Shown piece by piece: positions 1 through 9,859 of a DNA stretch of 64,000 nucleotides. The DNA is from an uncultured delta proteobacterium (lineage in GTDB: Bacteria; Desulfobacterota; Binatia; UBA9968): contig CAVSHR010000012.1 of assembly GCA_963727625.1 (NCBI GenBank), positions 32,001-96,000 of the forward strand, in the 5' to 3' direction. The stretch's first letter is position 1. Each line of letters starts with the position of its first letter. The notes beneath the pieces were generated by a model. That model worked only from the letters and a program-made list of their open reading frames with translations. It was not told the DNA's origin and ran no database searches. The position numbers and the translations under genes are program-made.

Positions 1-1286
1 TAGGCGCGCTTCTCCATCGGCACGTAGTCCCGCGGCTCTGCGCCTAAATAGATCTGCTTCGGGCGGGCCAGCTTCTGATCGGGATCGGTCAACATCTCTT
101 CCCATTGGGCAATCCAGCCGGCGGTGCGAGGTATCGCGAACAGCACCGGAAACATATCCATCGGCAGACCCATCGACTGGTAAATCAACCCCGAATAGAA
201 GTCGACGTTGGGATAAAGCTTGCGCTTGATGAAATACTCATCCTCCAGCGCTATCCGTTCCAGCTCCAGGGCGATGTCGAGCAAGGGATTGCGCCCTTTG
301 ACTTCAAACACTTGGTCGGCGATCTCTTTGATGATCTTGGCGCGCGGATCGTAGTTCTTATAGACCCGGTGACCGAAGCCCATTAAGCGCCCCTCGCCGC
401 CTTTCACCTTTTTGATGAATTCGGGAACCTTGTCCTTGGAGCCGATCGCCATGAGCATGCGGAGCACGGCTTCGTTGGCGCCGCCGTGCAGCGGCCCGTA
501 GAGCGCCGCAGCCGCGGCCGCGACAGAAGAATACGGATCGACGTGGGAACTGCCGACGCTGCGCATTGCGTTAGCGCTGCAGTTCTGCTCATGGTCGGCG
601 TGCAGAATAAAGAGAATGTCAAGCGCCCTCTCGAGCACCGGATGCGGTTTGTATTTGAGCTCGGTCATCTTGAACAGCATATTGAGAAAGTTACCGGTGT
701 AGCTCAGGTCGTTATCCGGATAAGAAAAGGGTAGGCCTAAGCTGTGCCGATAGGCAAAGGCCGCCAGCGTCGGCATTTTGCTGATCAGCCGGTACGTTTG
801 CTCGCGCCGAGAAGCCGCATCGAATATCTTCTTCGCATCCGGATAGAAGGTCGACAGGGCCCCTGCCGTACTGACCAAGATCCCCATGGGATGGGCATCA
901 TGGTGAAATCCGTCTATGAGTTTTTTGATATTTTCGTGGATAATAGAGTGATAAGTGATGTTGTGCGTCCAGTCTTCGAGTTGCGACTTGTTTGGTAGCT
1001 CGCCGTTGAGTATTAAATACGCGGTTTCCAAATAGCTGCTTTTCTCAGCGATCTGTTCGATCGGATAGCCGCGATAGCGCAGGATGCCGCGATCGCCGTC
1101 GATGTACGTGACCTTGCTCTGGCAAGAGGCGGTATTCATGAAACCTGGGTCGTAACTGACGATTCCGTCGTCTTCGCTGACTTTGATTTGAAATAAGTCG
1201 GTAGCCTTGATGGCGCCGTTTTTGATTGGAATCTCGTACTGTTTGCCGGTCCGGTTATCAATTATTGTCAATGTGTCTGAAGCCAT
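1..1286 (-). CDS. gltA: Citrate synthase (type II); stop codon cut by the window edge, so absent from the ORF track
   Basis: Manual minus-strand translation from ATG 1286: MASDTLTIIDNRTGKQYEIPIKNGAIKATDLFQIKVSEDDGIVSYDPGFMNTASCQSKVTYIDGDRGILRYRGYPIEQ... ending ARPKQIYLGAEPRDYVPMEKRA; first two bases of the stop at 2-1; GAAAGG RBS upstream. Confidence 0.95.
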   Translation of the reverse strand, partial: MASDTLTIIDNRTGKQYEIPIKNGAIKATDLFQIKVSEDDGIVSYDPGFMNTASCQSKVTYIDGDRGILRYRGYPIEQIAEKSSYLETAYLILNGELPNKSQLEDWTHNITYHSIIHENIKKLIDGFHHDAHPMGILVSTAGALSTFYPDAKKIFDAASRREQTYRLISKMPTLAAFAYRHSLGLPFSYPDNDLSYTGNFLNMLFKMTELKYKPHPVLERALDILFILHADHEQNCSANAMRSVGSSHVDPYSSVAAAAAALYGPLHGGANEAVLRMLMAIGSKDKVPEFIKKVKGGEGRLMGFGHRVYKNYDPRAKIIKEIADQVFEVKGRNPLLDIALELERIALEDEYFIKRKLYPNVDFYSGLIYQSMGLPMDMFPVLFAIPRTAGWIAQWEEMLTDPDQKLARPKQIYLGAEPRDYVPMEKRA

Positions 1287-1366
1287 CGTATCAACCTTTC
1301 GCCTCTACCTTAGGCACGTCCCTTTTTAGACCATCGCCCTGTCCCGGTCAACTCCGCCCGCCGCGG

Positions 1367-1816
1367 TCAGAGCGCAATCCGCCAGGCGATCTCCCAGCGC
1401 GCCGGCGATTTATAGCAGCACACAAGGGTCGCCGGTAAAAATTCCACCACCGTCCGCTCGGGATCGCCTAGGACCAGCACCGCCGCGAGCCGGCTCAACA
1501 ACGGCAAGTGGCTGACCACCAGAATCGGTTCTTCGGCGGCTTCCAGCTCCGCCTTTGCGATCGCCGGATCATCATTGGGCGCTAATCCGGCAAGAGACGC
1601 GACCCCGAAAACCGGCTTTACATATTCCGCCATGATCGCCGCGGTCTCTTGTGCTCGCAAAATCCCGGAATGATAAATGCAGGAAATATGCGCCCCGCGC
1701 TCAAGCGTGGTCCGTGCGATGTCCTCGACGCTTTGACGCCCCTGCCGCGACAGCGGGCGCTCCGGGTTCTCCGTCGCGGCGACGGCGTCGCCGTGGCGCA
1801 TCAAATAACAATTCAC
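1367..1816 (-). CDS. sixA: Phosphohistidine phosphatase SixA
   Basis: RHG motif (LMRHGDA), HSGILRAQETA, VSHLP; 149 aa. Confidence 0.88.
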   Translation of the reverse strand: MNCYLMRHGDAVAATENPERPLSRQGRQSVEDIARTTLERGAHISCIYHSGILRAQETAAIMAEYVKPVFGVASLAGLAPNDDPAIAKAELEAAEEPILVVSHLPLLSRLAAVLVLGDPERTVVEFLPATLVCCYKSPARWEIAWRIAL

Positions 1817-2014
1817 AACTGGTTAGCACCTCGCGACCCGCGTCGTAGGAAGACGGATGCGAACTCCGGCGACAGGCATTGCCGCATGCGGTCATCAGTG
1901 ACCTCGAACGCTCTCTCGCTTACTTCTTTCAGTCGCGGTTGCAAAAGACCGTTGTTCATATAGTATGCACTTCAGAAATTTGCAATCTTTTCATGCGACT
2001 CGCGTTCGGACGCC

Positions 2015-2743
2015 GTGATCGAATTTCACAAGGTTAACAAATGGTTCGGCTCGCTTCACGTCCTTAAAGATATCGCTCTCAAGATTGAAGCGGGCAACGT
2101 GGTGGTGGTCTGCGGCCCGAGCGGCAGCGGCAAGAGCACCCTGATCCGCTGCATCAACCGCCTCGAAACAATTCAGTCCGGCGACATCATCATTGACGGC
2201 CAGTCGCTCTGCGACCCTCGGCTGGACGCGGCAAAGCTGCGCGCCGACGTCGGCATGGTTTTTCAATCGTTCAATCTTTATCCGCACATGACGGTGCTGC
2301 AAAATATAACGTTGGCGCCGATAAAGGTGAAAGGCCTGTCTAAAAGCGAAGCCGAAAAGATCGCCGGCGAACTTTTGGATCGGGTCGGGATTCCGGACAA
2401 GGCCGGCGCGTATCCGGCCAACCTTTCGGGTGGACAACAGCAGCGCGTCGCCATTGCGCGCGCGCTCGCGATGAAACCGAAGGTGATGCTTTTTGACGAA
2501 CCCACGTCAGCCCTCGACCCGGAAATGATCAATGAAGTCCTGGAAGTCATGACCGACCTGGCGCGCGATGGGATGACGATGGTCGTGGTGACCCACGAAA
2601 TGGGGTTTGCCCGCCGCGTCGCTCATCGGGTGATCTTCATGGATCAGGGGCAAATCATCGAAGCCAACGAACCGGAGAAATTCTTTGCCGCCCCGGAATC
2701 GCCGCGCGCACAGCAGTTTTTGAGTAAAATTCTTTCGCACTGA
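2015..2743 (+). CDS. Polar amino-acid ABC transporter ATP-binding protein (GlnQ/GltL family)
   Basis: Walker [30 protein letters not shown]. Confidence 0.95.
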   Translation: MIEFHKVNKWFGSLHVLKDIALKIEAGNVVVVCGPSGSGKSTLIRCINRLETIQSGDIIIDGQSLCDPRLDAAKLRADVGMVFQSFNLYPHMTVLQNITLAPIKVKGLSKSEAEKIAGELLDRVGIPDKAGAYPANLSGGQQQRVAIARALAMKPKVMLFDEPTSALDPEMINEVLEVMTDLARDGMTMVVVTHEMGFARRVAHRVIFMDQGQIIEANEPEKFFAAPESPRAQQFLSKILSH

Positions 2744-2753
2744 GGAGATCGCC

Positions 2754-3614
2754 ATGAAACACCCCCTACTTTTCGCCTGCCTTGCCGTAATGTTTTCGGT
2801 CGGCAGCACGGGTCTCGCCCGCGCCGAAAATACTCTGGAGAAAATCGCCAAAAGCGGCACTCTGACCATCGGCACACGCCGGGGGTCGCCGCCCTTCGCC
2901 TATGTCAATAGGAACAACGAGTGGGTCGGTTTCTCCATCGACTTGGTCGAAAAGGCAGTCCTGCCGTCGCTCAATAAAAAACTCAACAAGCAAATCAAAC
3001 TGGAGAAAAAAGAGTCGACGCCGCAAACACGGATTCCGCTGCTCTCGGCGAACGCCGTCGATCTCATCGCCGAAACCATGACCGACACGCAATCGCGCCG
3101 CGAAAGCGTCGACTTCAGTTTGACGTTTTTTGTCACCGGCGCGCAGTTTCTCGTGAAAAAGGGCAGCCCTATCAAAGGCATCCAATCGATTGCCAACCGA
3201 CGCATCGCGGCCCAGCAAGGCTCGACCAACGCAAAAATCATTCGCGAGCGCGTGCCCACCGCCAAGCTTCTCGAATTTCCCGACCAACCGGCTGCGTTTC
3301 AAGCGTTGGCGCAGGGCCAAGTGCAGGCCTACACCAATGACGGCATCCAGCTCGCGGGGCTGCGCGCAAAGGCACGTCGGCCCGACGAGTGGGCCGTGGT
3401 CGGCGAGTTTTTTTCCTACGAGCCCTACGGAATGGCGATGCGCAAAAACGACTCCGACTTTCGCCAGGTGGTCAACGTCAGTTTGATGGACGCCATCGCT
3501 TCAGGCCTCTATTTCCAGATTTACGACAAGTGGTTCGGGCCAAAAGGCGAAGTGCCCTACCCGCTATCCGGTGAGACCAAGCGTTTTCTGCAGATGCAGG
3601 TCGTGCCCAAGTAA
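2754..3614 (+). CDS. Amino-acid ABC transporter substrate-binding protein (GltI-like, SBP family 3)
   Basis: Signal peptide; TLEKIAKSG, PPFAY, GFSIDL, RESVDFS, EPYGMAMRKND. Confidence 0.92.
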   Translation: MKHPLLFACLAVMFSVGSTGLARAENTLEKIAKSGTLTIGTRRGSPPFAYVNRNNEWVGFSIDLVEKAVLPSLNKKLNKQIKLEKKESTPQTRIPLLSANAVDLIAETMTDTQSRRESVDFSLTFFVTGAQFLVKKGSPIKGIQSIANRRIAAQQGSTNAKIIRERVPTAKLLEFPDQPAAFQALAQGQVQAYTNDGIQLAGLRAKARRPDEWAVVGEFFSYEPYGMAMRKNDSDFRQVVNVSLMDAIASGLYFQIYDKWFGPKGEVPYPLSGETKRFLQMQVVPK

Positions 3615-3616
3615 CA

Positions 3617-3695
3617 AGAGGCAACAGGCATCCGGCAAGAGGCAATAGTAAGAATTAAGGTTTGCAATCTTCGGCTCTTGCCTATTGCCATTTTC
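3617..3695. repeat. Intergenic 7-nt periodic imperfect palindrome
   Basis: AGAGGCA ACAGGCA TCCGGCA AGAGGCA ATAG ... CTCTTGC CTATTGC between binding-protein and permease genes. Confidence 0.7.
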
Positions 3696-3700
3696 CCGGA

Positions 3701-4426
3701 ATGACTTATCAATTCGATTGGAGCGTTCTGTGGAGCGGCCAAACCGGCACTTGGCTCTGGCAGGGCGTGTTGATTACCTTGGAACTCTCCAGCCTTGGCT
3801 GGCTGGTCGCAATTGCGCTCGGCGTCGTTTCCGGCGCGCTGCGCACCGCGCCGGTAGCGCCGCTGCGCTGGCTTGCCGCCGCCTACGTCGAATTTTTTCG
3901 TAACGTCCCATTGCTCGTATGGATGTTTTTTTGGTACTTCGGCATGCCGCCGTTATTGCCGACAGGATTGCGCGAGTGGCTTTTAGATCATGGCGCCGAG
4001 TTCTGGGCCGGCGTGTGCGCGCTCGGGGTTTACCACGGCGCGCGATTATCCGAAGTCCTTCGCGCCGGCATCCGTTCGATTCCGAAAACTCAGTTTGAGG
4101 CCGCGCTCTCGACCGGACTGACGGTACTTCAGGCGTACCGCTTGATCATCATTCCCATCGCCCTGAGGTTGATCGTTCCGCCGGCGACCAACGAAACTCT
4201 CAATCTACTGAAAAATTCGTCCGTTGCTCTGACCATCGGCGTCGCCGAGCTGACCTTTCAAACCCGTCAGATCGAAACCTACACGGCCAAGGCCTTCGAG
4301 GCGCTGGCCGCCGGAACGTTGATCTACCTGGCGCTTTGCCTCGCCATCGCCGCCATCATGGCGCGGGTAGAGCACCGCGTGGCGATACCGGGATTGATCG
4401 CCCAGAGACGAACCGGGGAGGCATGA
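3701..4426 (+). CDS. Amino-acid ABC transporter permease (HisM/GltJ type)
   Basis: Likely start ATG 3701 (MTYQFDWS); YVEFFRNVPLL, EVLRAGIRSIP, LLKNSS. Confidence 0.92.
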   Translation: MTYQFDWSVLWSGQTGTWLWQGVLITLELSSLGWLVAIALGVVSGALRTAPVAPLRWLAAAYVEFFRNVPLLVWMFFWYFGMPPLLPTGLREWLLDHGAEFWAGVCALGVYHGARLSEVLRAGIRSIPKTQFEAALSTGLTVLQAYRLIIIPIALRLIVPPATNETLNLLKNSSVALTIGVAELTFQTRQIETYTAKAFEALAAGTLIYLALCLAIAAIMARVEHRVAIPGLIAQRRTGEA

Positions 4427-4427
4427 A

Positions 4428-5108
4428 ATGGATTTCCATGTCATCACCGATAACTTCTCGTTTCTCATGCTCCAGGGCTTTATTGGTTTCGGCTCCTTCG
4501 CCGGCGGCACGCTGCGCCTGGCACTGCCGGCCATCGTCCTGGGTTTCTTTCTCGGCACGGCGATCGGCCTTGCGCGCCTGTCAGGCGCTGCGTGGCTCAG
4601 CCTGCCGGCAAAAATTTACGTCGAATTGTTCCGCGGCGTCCCGTTGGTGATGGTGATCTTCTGGTTCTGGTTCATCATTCCCGCGCTGCTCGGTAAATCC
4701 CTGCCCGAATACAGCGTCGCGCTGACCGCCTTCGTCGTTTTTGAAGCGGCCTACCTGGCGGAAATTATTCGCGCGGGCATCCAGTCGGTGCCCCGCGGCC
4801 AGGTCGAAGCCGCCACGGCGACGGGGCTGAACCGCGCGTCGATGATGCGCTTTGTAATTCTGCCCCAAGCTCTGCGCAACATGATCCCCGCGCTGGTTAC
4901 ACAGTTCATTGTCTTGCTCAAAGACACATCACTGGCGTCGATCATCGGCTACGTCGATCTCACCAAAGCAGCGCAAATCGTCAATAATCGCGAGATCCGT
5001 CCGTTCGAGCTCTATCTATTTATCGCCGTCATCTATTGGCTCTGCAGTTTCGCCATGTCCAGTTACGCCAAGAGATGGGAACGAGGCGCCGGGCAAAGCA
5101 CGGCATGA
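4428..5108 (+). CDS. Amino-acid ABC transporter permease (HisM/GltK type)
   Basis: YVELFRGVPL, AEIIRAGIQSVPRGQ, LLKDTSL. Confidence 0.92.
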   Translation: MDFHVITDNFSFLMLQGFIGFGSFAGGTLRLALPAIVLGFFLGTAIGLARLSGAAWLSLPAKIYVELFRGVPLVMVIFWFWFIIPALLGKSLPEYSVALTAFVVFEAAYLAEIIRAGIQSVPRGQVEAATATGLNRASMMRFVILPQALRNMIPALVTQFIVLLKDTSLASIIGYVDLTKAAQIVNNREIRPFELYLFIAVIYWLCSFAMSSYAKRWERGAGQSTA

Positions 5109-5273
5109 TGACGACAACTTGATGATTTCCGGCGCGCGACAATTTCACGCATATCCCTGTTGACGGATTCGGCGGCACTGCGGTAAGTTTTGAATTATAG
5201 CTAACCTGGATTGATCGTCGCGGGAAAAATCAACCCGTCCCGCATGCGGCGCTGTCCCTCGATTACCGGTCCG

Positions 5274-6224
5274 ATGCTTTTCTTAAAAAACACGCCCATC
5301 AACCGAATCCTATCGATCCAGGAGATGATCGAGGCGATCGAGGATACCCTCAAGGAAGTTGCTCTGGGCCGCGGATTTGAGTTGCCGCGGCGCAGAATCC
5401 ATCATCCCAACCGAATGATTTTCGGTCTCTTACCCGGTTCAGTCCATGGCGTCATGGGAGCCTATCTGCAAACCGATCTCGACCGGCAACTGCACCATGA
5501 AACCGTCATCCTCTACAGCGTAGAGACCGGAGAACCTTTGATTTTGTTTCAAGACTGCTCGATCAACGAATATCGAACCGGCGCCGCTGGTGCACTCGGC
5601 GCAAAGCATCTAGCCCGCCCGAACGCGAACCGGGTCGCGGTCCTTGGCAGCGCGATTCATGCGCAAACTCAACTTGCGGCCGTTGCTGCCGTCAGAGATT
5701 TAACGGAGGTCGAGATCTATAGCCCCACGCTTGCGCATCGGCTCGAATTCGCGGCGAAAATGAGCGGCGCGCTGGAGATCGCCGTGGTTCCGGTATCGAC
5801 GGCTCAAGAAGCCGTCGATGGCGCCGATATTGTTATTGTCGCCACCGACGCAAGGACGCCGGTCATCGACGGCGACTGGCTCAAACCGGGAACTCACGTG
5901 ACCTCGATTGCCAACGGCGACAAGACGCGCACCAGACAAGAAATCGACGAAGAAACGATTCAGCGCGCCGATCCGATCTTCGTCACCTCCAAGGAAACCC
6001 TGTGCGTCAATGAGAGCGATATTTTTCGCGCGGTGCGCGACAAACTGATCTCCTGGGAACGGGTGCATGAGATATCCAGATTGCTGCTTGGCGAAGCAGC
6101 CGGTCGGACAAACGATAAACAGATTACGCTATTCAAGCTCCAGGGGACGGGTATCATGGATGTAGCCGTCGGCCGCCGCGCCTATGAAAAACTCAAGGAC
6201 AGCGATCTGGCGCAGCGCATCTGA
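5274..6224 (+). CDS. Ornithine cyclodeaminase / mu-crystallin family protein
   Basis: RTGAAGALG, ADIVIVAT, WLKPGTHV, GRTNDKQITLFK, GTGIMDVAV; start uncertain (5211-5274). Confidence 0.85.
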   Translation: MLFLKNTPINRILSIQEMIEAIEDTLKEVALGRGFELPRRRIHHPNRMIFGLLPGSVHGVMGAYLQTDLDRQLHHETVILYSVETGEPLILFQDCSINEYRTGAAGALGAKHLARPNANRVAVLGSAIHAQTQLAAVAAVRDLTEVEIYSPTLAHRLEFAAKMSGALEIAVVPVSTAQEAVDGADIVIVATDARTPVIDGDWLKPGTHVTSIANGDKTRTRQEIDEETIQRADPIFVTSKETLCVNESDIFRAVRDKLISWERVHEISRLLLGEAAGRTNDKQITLFKLQGTGIMDVAVGRRAYEKLKDSDLAQRI

Positions 6225-6251
6225 CGGCTCTTACGCAATCAGGAGCAGTGC

Positions 6252-7667
6252 ATGGCCCACTATGACATGTTAGTGATCGGTTCCGGTCCCGCCGGCCAAA
6301 AGGCGGCGATTCAAGCCGCCAAGGTCGGCAAGAAAGTCGGCATCATCGAGCGCAAGAAAGTCGCCGGCGGCATTTGCATCAACATCGGCACCATCCCCAG
6401 CAAATCGCTGCGCGAAGCGGTCATGTTTCTATCCGGATTTCGCCAGCGCAACCTCTACGGCGCGAGTTACCGGGTGAAGAAAGACATCACTTTCGAAGAT
6501 CTGGCCCAGCGTTGCGATCACGTGGTCAAAGCCGAGCAAGAAATCATCCAGAATCAATTGATCAGAAACTCCGTCGAATTCATCATCGGCACCGCCTCCC
6601 TGCTCGATCCGCACCGCATCCTCATCAACCAGGAAAACGAATCCAACGAGCATACCGCCGATTATATCGTGATCGCGGTGGGCACCGAGCCCGCGCGCCC
6701 GGCGAACATTCCCTTCGATGGCGAAACCATTATCGACAGCGACGGCCTGCTTTCGCTCAAACGGCTACCGAGATCCTTGACTATCGTCGGCGGGGGCGTC
6801 ATCGGTTGCGAATATGCGTCGATCCTGGCTACTCTGGGAATTCCAGTGGTGCTGGTCGAGCGACGGCCCCGGCTGCTCGAGTTCGTCGACAGCGAGATCA
6901 TCGAAGCCTTGCAATACCAAATGCGCAACATCGGCGTCACCCTGCGCTTCAACGAAGAGGTGGTCGGCATCGAGAAATCTGCCGAAGGCTCGGTGGCGAT
7001 TCATTTGAAGAGCGGCAAAAAGATCAGCGCTCCGCTACTGGTTTACTCCATCGGCCGGGTTGGCGCGACGAAAAACTTGAACCTGGAGAGCGTCGACATT
7101 CCAACCGACTCGCGGGGCAGGATCAAAGTGAACGGGAATTTTCAGACCCCAGCCCCACATATTTACGCCGTTGGCGACGTCATCGGATTTCCGGCGCTCG
7201 CCTCGACTTCTATGCAGCAAGGACGTCACGCCGCCTGCCACGCCTTCGGCCTGAGCTGCGATACTTTCAGCCATCTGCTACCCTACGGCATCTATACGAT
7301 TCCGGAAATTTCCATGGTCGGCCGCAACGAAGACGAACTGACGCGCGACGGCATCCCCTACGAAATCGGCGTCGCGCGTTACCGCGAGATCGCCCGAGGC
7401 CAACTGATCGGCGATACCGTGGGCATGCTCAAACTCCTCTTTCACTCCGAGACCCGAGAACTGCTCGGCGTCCACGTGATCGGCGAAGGAGCCACCGAAT
7501 TGATACACATAGGCCAGGCCGTGATCGCCCACGGCGGCAAGCTCGATTACTTTGTCGACACGGTGTTTAATTACCCGACGCTGGCGGAGTGTTACAAGGT
7601 GGCGGCGCTTGCGGCGCTGAACAAATTCCCGCTCGACGGCGCCGCGTGCAATCTTGCGCCGCACTGA
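6252..7667 (+). CDS. sthA: Soluble pyridine nucleotide transhydrogenase (SthA/UdhA)
   Basis: IGSGPAG, GGICINIGTIPSK (single-Cys form), GIYTIPEIS, FNYPTLAECYKVAA; AGGAG RBS. Confidence 0.92.
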   Translation: MAHYDMLVIGSGPAGQKAAIQAAKVGKKVGIIERKKVAGGICINIGTIPSKSLREAVMFLSGFRQRNLYGASYRVKKDITFEDLAQRCDHVVKAEQEIIQNQLIRNSVEFIIGTASLLDPHRILINQENESNEHTADYIVIAVGTEPARPANIPFDGETIIDSDGLLSLKRLPRSLTIVGGGVIGCEYASILATLGIPVVLVERRPRLLEFVDSEIIEALQYQMRNIGVTLRFNEEVVGIEKSAEGSVAIHLKSGKKISAPLLVYSIGRVGATKNLNLESVDIPTDSRGRIKVNGNFQTPAPHIYAVGDVIGFPALASTSMQQGRHAACHAFGLSCDTFSHLLPYGIYTIPEISMVGRNEDELTRDGIPYEIGVARYREIARGQLIGDTVGMLKLLFHSETRELLGVHVIGEGATELIHIGQAVIAHGGKLDYFVDTVFNYPTLAECYKVAALAALNKFPLDGAACNLAPH

Positions 7668-7706
7668 GATCGTCGGATTCGCGATTAAGCCTGGCAACTC
7701 ACTTCT

Positions 7707-8108
7707 TCATCCCATAGTCGAAACTTTAAAAGGGTGAATCTTATAGATAACGCGGACCTCGCCCGGCGCGCGATGGGGATATTTCTCTTTGCCGAGGTAT
7801 TTTTTTGCCATCACATCGATATGCGCATCCGCGCCGTTCTCGGTGATCTCGACGACTTCGCCTCGGATCGCCAGATAGCGATAGGCATTGTCCGGATCTT
7901 GGATCGACAACGCGATACGCTTGTCGCGCCGCAAGTTCTTATCCTTGAGCCTCCCCTTCGCCGAATTGAGCCAGACCAGAGCCCCGTCGTAATCGCACCA
8001 AACCGGCGTGACCTGCGGACTGCCATCCGGCATCAGCGTGGCAACATGGGCGAAAGCGCTCTTCGTAAAAAGATCTTTGAACGAATCGGGAATAACTGCG
8101 TTCGCCAT
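7707..8108 (-). CDS. PPOX-class (split beta-barrel) putative F420-dependent oxidoreductase
   Basis: AHVATLMPDGSPQVTPVW, KDKNLRRDKRIALSI, YLAIRG, AKKYLG. Confidence 0.85.
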   Translation of the reverse strand: MANAVIPDSFKDLFTKSAFAHVATLMPDGSPQVTPVWCDYDGALVWLNSAKGRLKDKNLRRDKRIALSIQDPDNAYRYLAIRGEVVEITENGADAHIDVMAKKYLGKEKYPHRAPGEVRVIYKIHPFKVSTMG

Positions 8109-8139
8109 AACTCATCTCCTTTCAAAACAAGAAATGATC

Positions 8140-8787
8140 TCAGCAAAAATTTTCCGCTAGCTGGCGCAGATCATCGATCAAAAGATCCGGCCCCGCGGCG
8201 ATCAGTTCGTCTTTGTCGCCCAAGCCAAAGGTAACGCCGCAAGTAATGACCCCGGCCCGCTTCCCCGCTTCCACGTCGGTATTGCCGTCGCCGACCATAA
8301 CCGCGCCGGCGGCCGGCACCTCGAAGCGCTGCAATACCGCGTTCAGAAGCGCCGGATGCGGTTTTTTCTCCGCCGCGCTGTCGCCTCCTAAAATCATATC
8401 AAACTCGTCTTCCACGCCTAAACCGCGCAACACCGCCACGACCAACCGGTGGATTTTGTTGCTGACCACGACGCGCCGCTTGCCGCGAAAATGCGCCAGC
8501 ACCTCGCGTGCTCCGGGGTAGAGCACCGTTCGGTCGAGCAGATGTTTTTCGTAGCGATCGAGGAAGACACGCATCACTGCGAGAAAATGCGCGGGGCTTT
8601 CTTCGGGCAACGAATGCTGGAGCAAATGCTCCACGCCGCGCCCGACGTGATCGCAAACCTGCCGCTCGTCCAGCGGCGCAAGTTTGAAATGCGTCCGGGT
8701 AAAATTAACGGCATCGGCCAAGTCGTGGCCGGTATCCGCCAGAGTGCCGTCGAGGTCGAACATGATAAGATCCAGTCGCCTTTTCAT
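8140..8787 (-). CDS. HAD-IA hydrolase, phosphoglycolate phosphatase-like
   Basis: FDLDGTLAD, VSNK, KKPHP, MVGDGNTD. Confidence 0.85.
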   Translation of the reverse strand: MKRRLDLIMFDLDGTLADTGHDLADAVNFTRTHFKLAPLDERQVCDHVGRGVEHLLQHSLPEESPAHFLAVMRVFLDRYEKHLLDRTVLYPGAREVLAHFRGKRRVVVSNKIHRLVVAVLRGLGVEDEFDMILGGDSAAEKKPHPALLNAVLQRFEVPAAGAVMVGDGNTDVEAGKRAGVITCGVTFGLGDKDELIAAGPDLLIDDLRQLAENFC

Positions 8788-8913
8788 TGCGGCTGATTGA
8801 AATTGAAATATCCGGCGAAGTCAACGCGGCGGCAACTCTTTACACGAGGCCGGGCAAGTGTTGTAGGTTAGCGCCAGTCGGGCGATTGGAAACAGTTGAC
8901 GTGGAGGTTGCTC

Positions 8914-9330
8914 ATGAAGCGAATTTTTAACTAGCTTGTTTTCGTATTGGCGTCCACTTTCATTGGGTTGGTGGCACAGCTCACCTCGGCCGCAGATAAA
9001 CTAAATACCTCTTACATCTCGACGACGCCCGGCTCGTCCTCGGTCCTCTGGGTTGCAAAAGAAGCAAAGATCTTTGACAAGCACGGCATCGACGCGACGG
9101 TGATTTTTATTTCCGGGAGCATCCGCGACATTCAGCCGATTCTCGCCGGCGAGATCCCGATTGGCGAAGGCGGCGGGGCCTGGACTGGCTAGCGCACAAC
9201 TCGCCGGCTGGCGGCGCCATCCAGCGCATGGTGGCGCTGCAGAAAGGCATCGTCAACTTCACCGTCGTCACCGAAGCCGGCAAAGCGCTGGCCGAAAGCC
9301 TCGGCTACCCGACCGTCGTTGATATCGTCA
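8914..9330 (+). pseudogene. Degraded ABC transporter substrate-binding protein (NitT/TauT, NMT1-like)
   Basis: GGAGG RBS, ATG 8914 MKRIFN then in-frame TAG 8932-8934, continuing LVFVLAS...LWVAKEAKIFDKHGIDATVIFISG; later fragment ALQKGIVNFTVV in another frame; far shorter than a full SBP. Confidence 0.7.
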
Positions 9331-9356
9331 CGGAAATCCGATCGGACAGAAACGTA

Positions 9357-9393
9357 TTGGACGATTTGAACATTTTGAACGGCTTGAACGGTT
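9357..9393. repeat. Four imperfect 9-nt tandem units just downstream of the grdA stop
   Basis: TTGGACGAT TTGAACATT TTGAACGGC TTGAACGGT. Confidence 0.6.
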
Positions 9394-9849
9394 TTAGATT
9401 TTGTCCCGCGCCGCTTGCAGCACTTCATGCATCGGTTCGACATCGATCACCAGCGCGGACAGCTGCAATTTTTCCTCGCGCAATTGCTCCGGCACGTCCG
9501 ACATGACCTCTTCTTCGAGGACGTGATAAACGGGAATTTTAAGCGCCAAGCCCGCCAGCGGACCGGCATAACTCGGATCCCCTTGCGTCACGGTTTCGGC
9601 AAAGACCTCGACGCCGTTCGCTTCGCCGTTGCCCAACACCACGGTTAAATTTTCCGGACCATACTGGTCCGCCAGGCGCTTGATAACTCCTTGGTTCTCG
9701 AAGTTCATCGCGCCCGCGGCGGTTCAAACAAAACATTCGGTGGCTTGGAAGACGACCTCGTAACCGGCGCCCTCGAGACATTCCGCGATCACAGGGCCCG
9801 GCACGCCGTCCCGTTCGCCAATGGCGATGATTTTTTTGCCTTTTTGCAT
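9394..9849 (-). CDS. grdA: Glycine/sarcosine/betaine reductase selenoprotein A (151 aa, Sec42)
   Basis: ATG 9849 with GGAGG RBS: [44 protein letters not shown](9726-9724)[11 protein letters not shown]...[17 protein letters not shown]; matches the GrdA signature ECFVUTAAGAM; ORF track shows only the part after UGA. Confidence 0.93.
9675..9714 (-). promoter_or_regulatory. Candidate bacterial SECIS hairpin of grdA
   Basis: mRNA GGCGC-GAU(G)AACUUC-[loop GAGAACCAA]-GGAGUU-AUC(AA)-GCGCC; loop starts with G, 24 nt after UGA; folded by eye only. Confidence 0.6.
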
Positions 9850-9859
9850 TCGACCTCCG

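Noticed and set aside
105-998. Short ORFs in the track over 1-1 kb
   Set aside because: Shadows of citrate synthase on the minus strand, which the track missed because its stop is cut by the window edge
6374-7570. 398-aa alternative-frame ORF inside sthA
   Set aside because: Arg/Pro-rich off-frame product typical of high-GC DNA; no motifs
8932-8934. In-frame TAG as possible pyrrolysine or recoding
   Set aside because: Falls in a signal peptide of an otherwise broken gene; no pyl evidence
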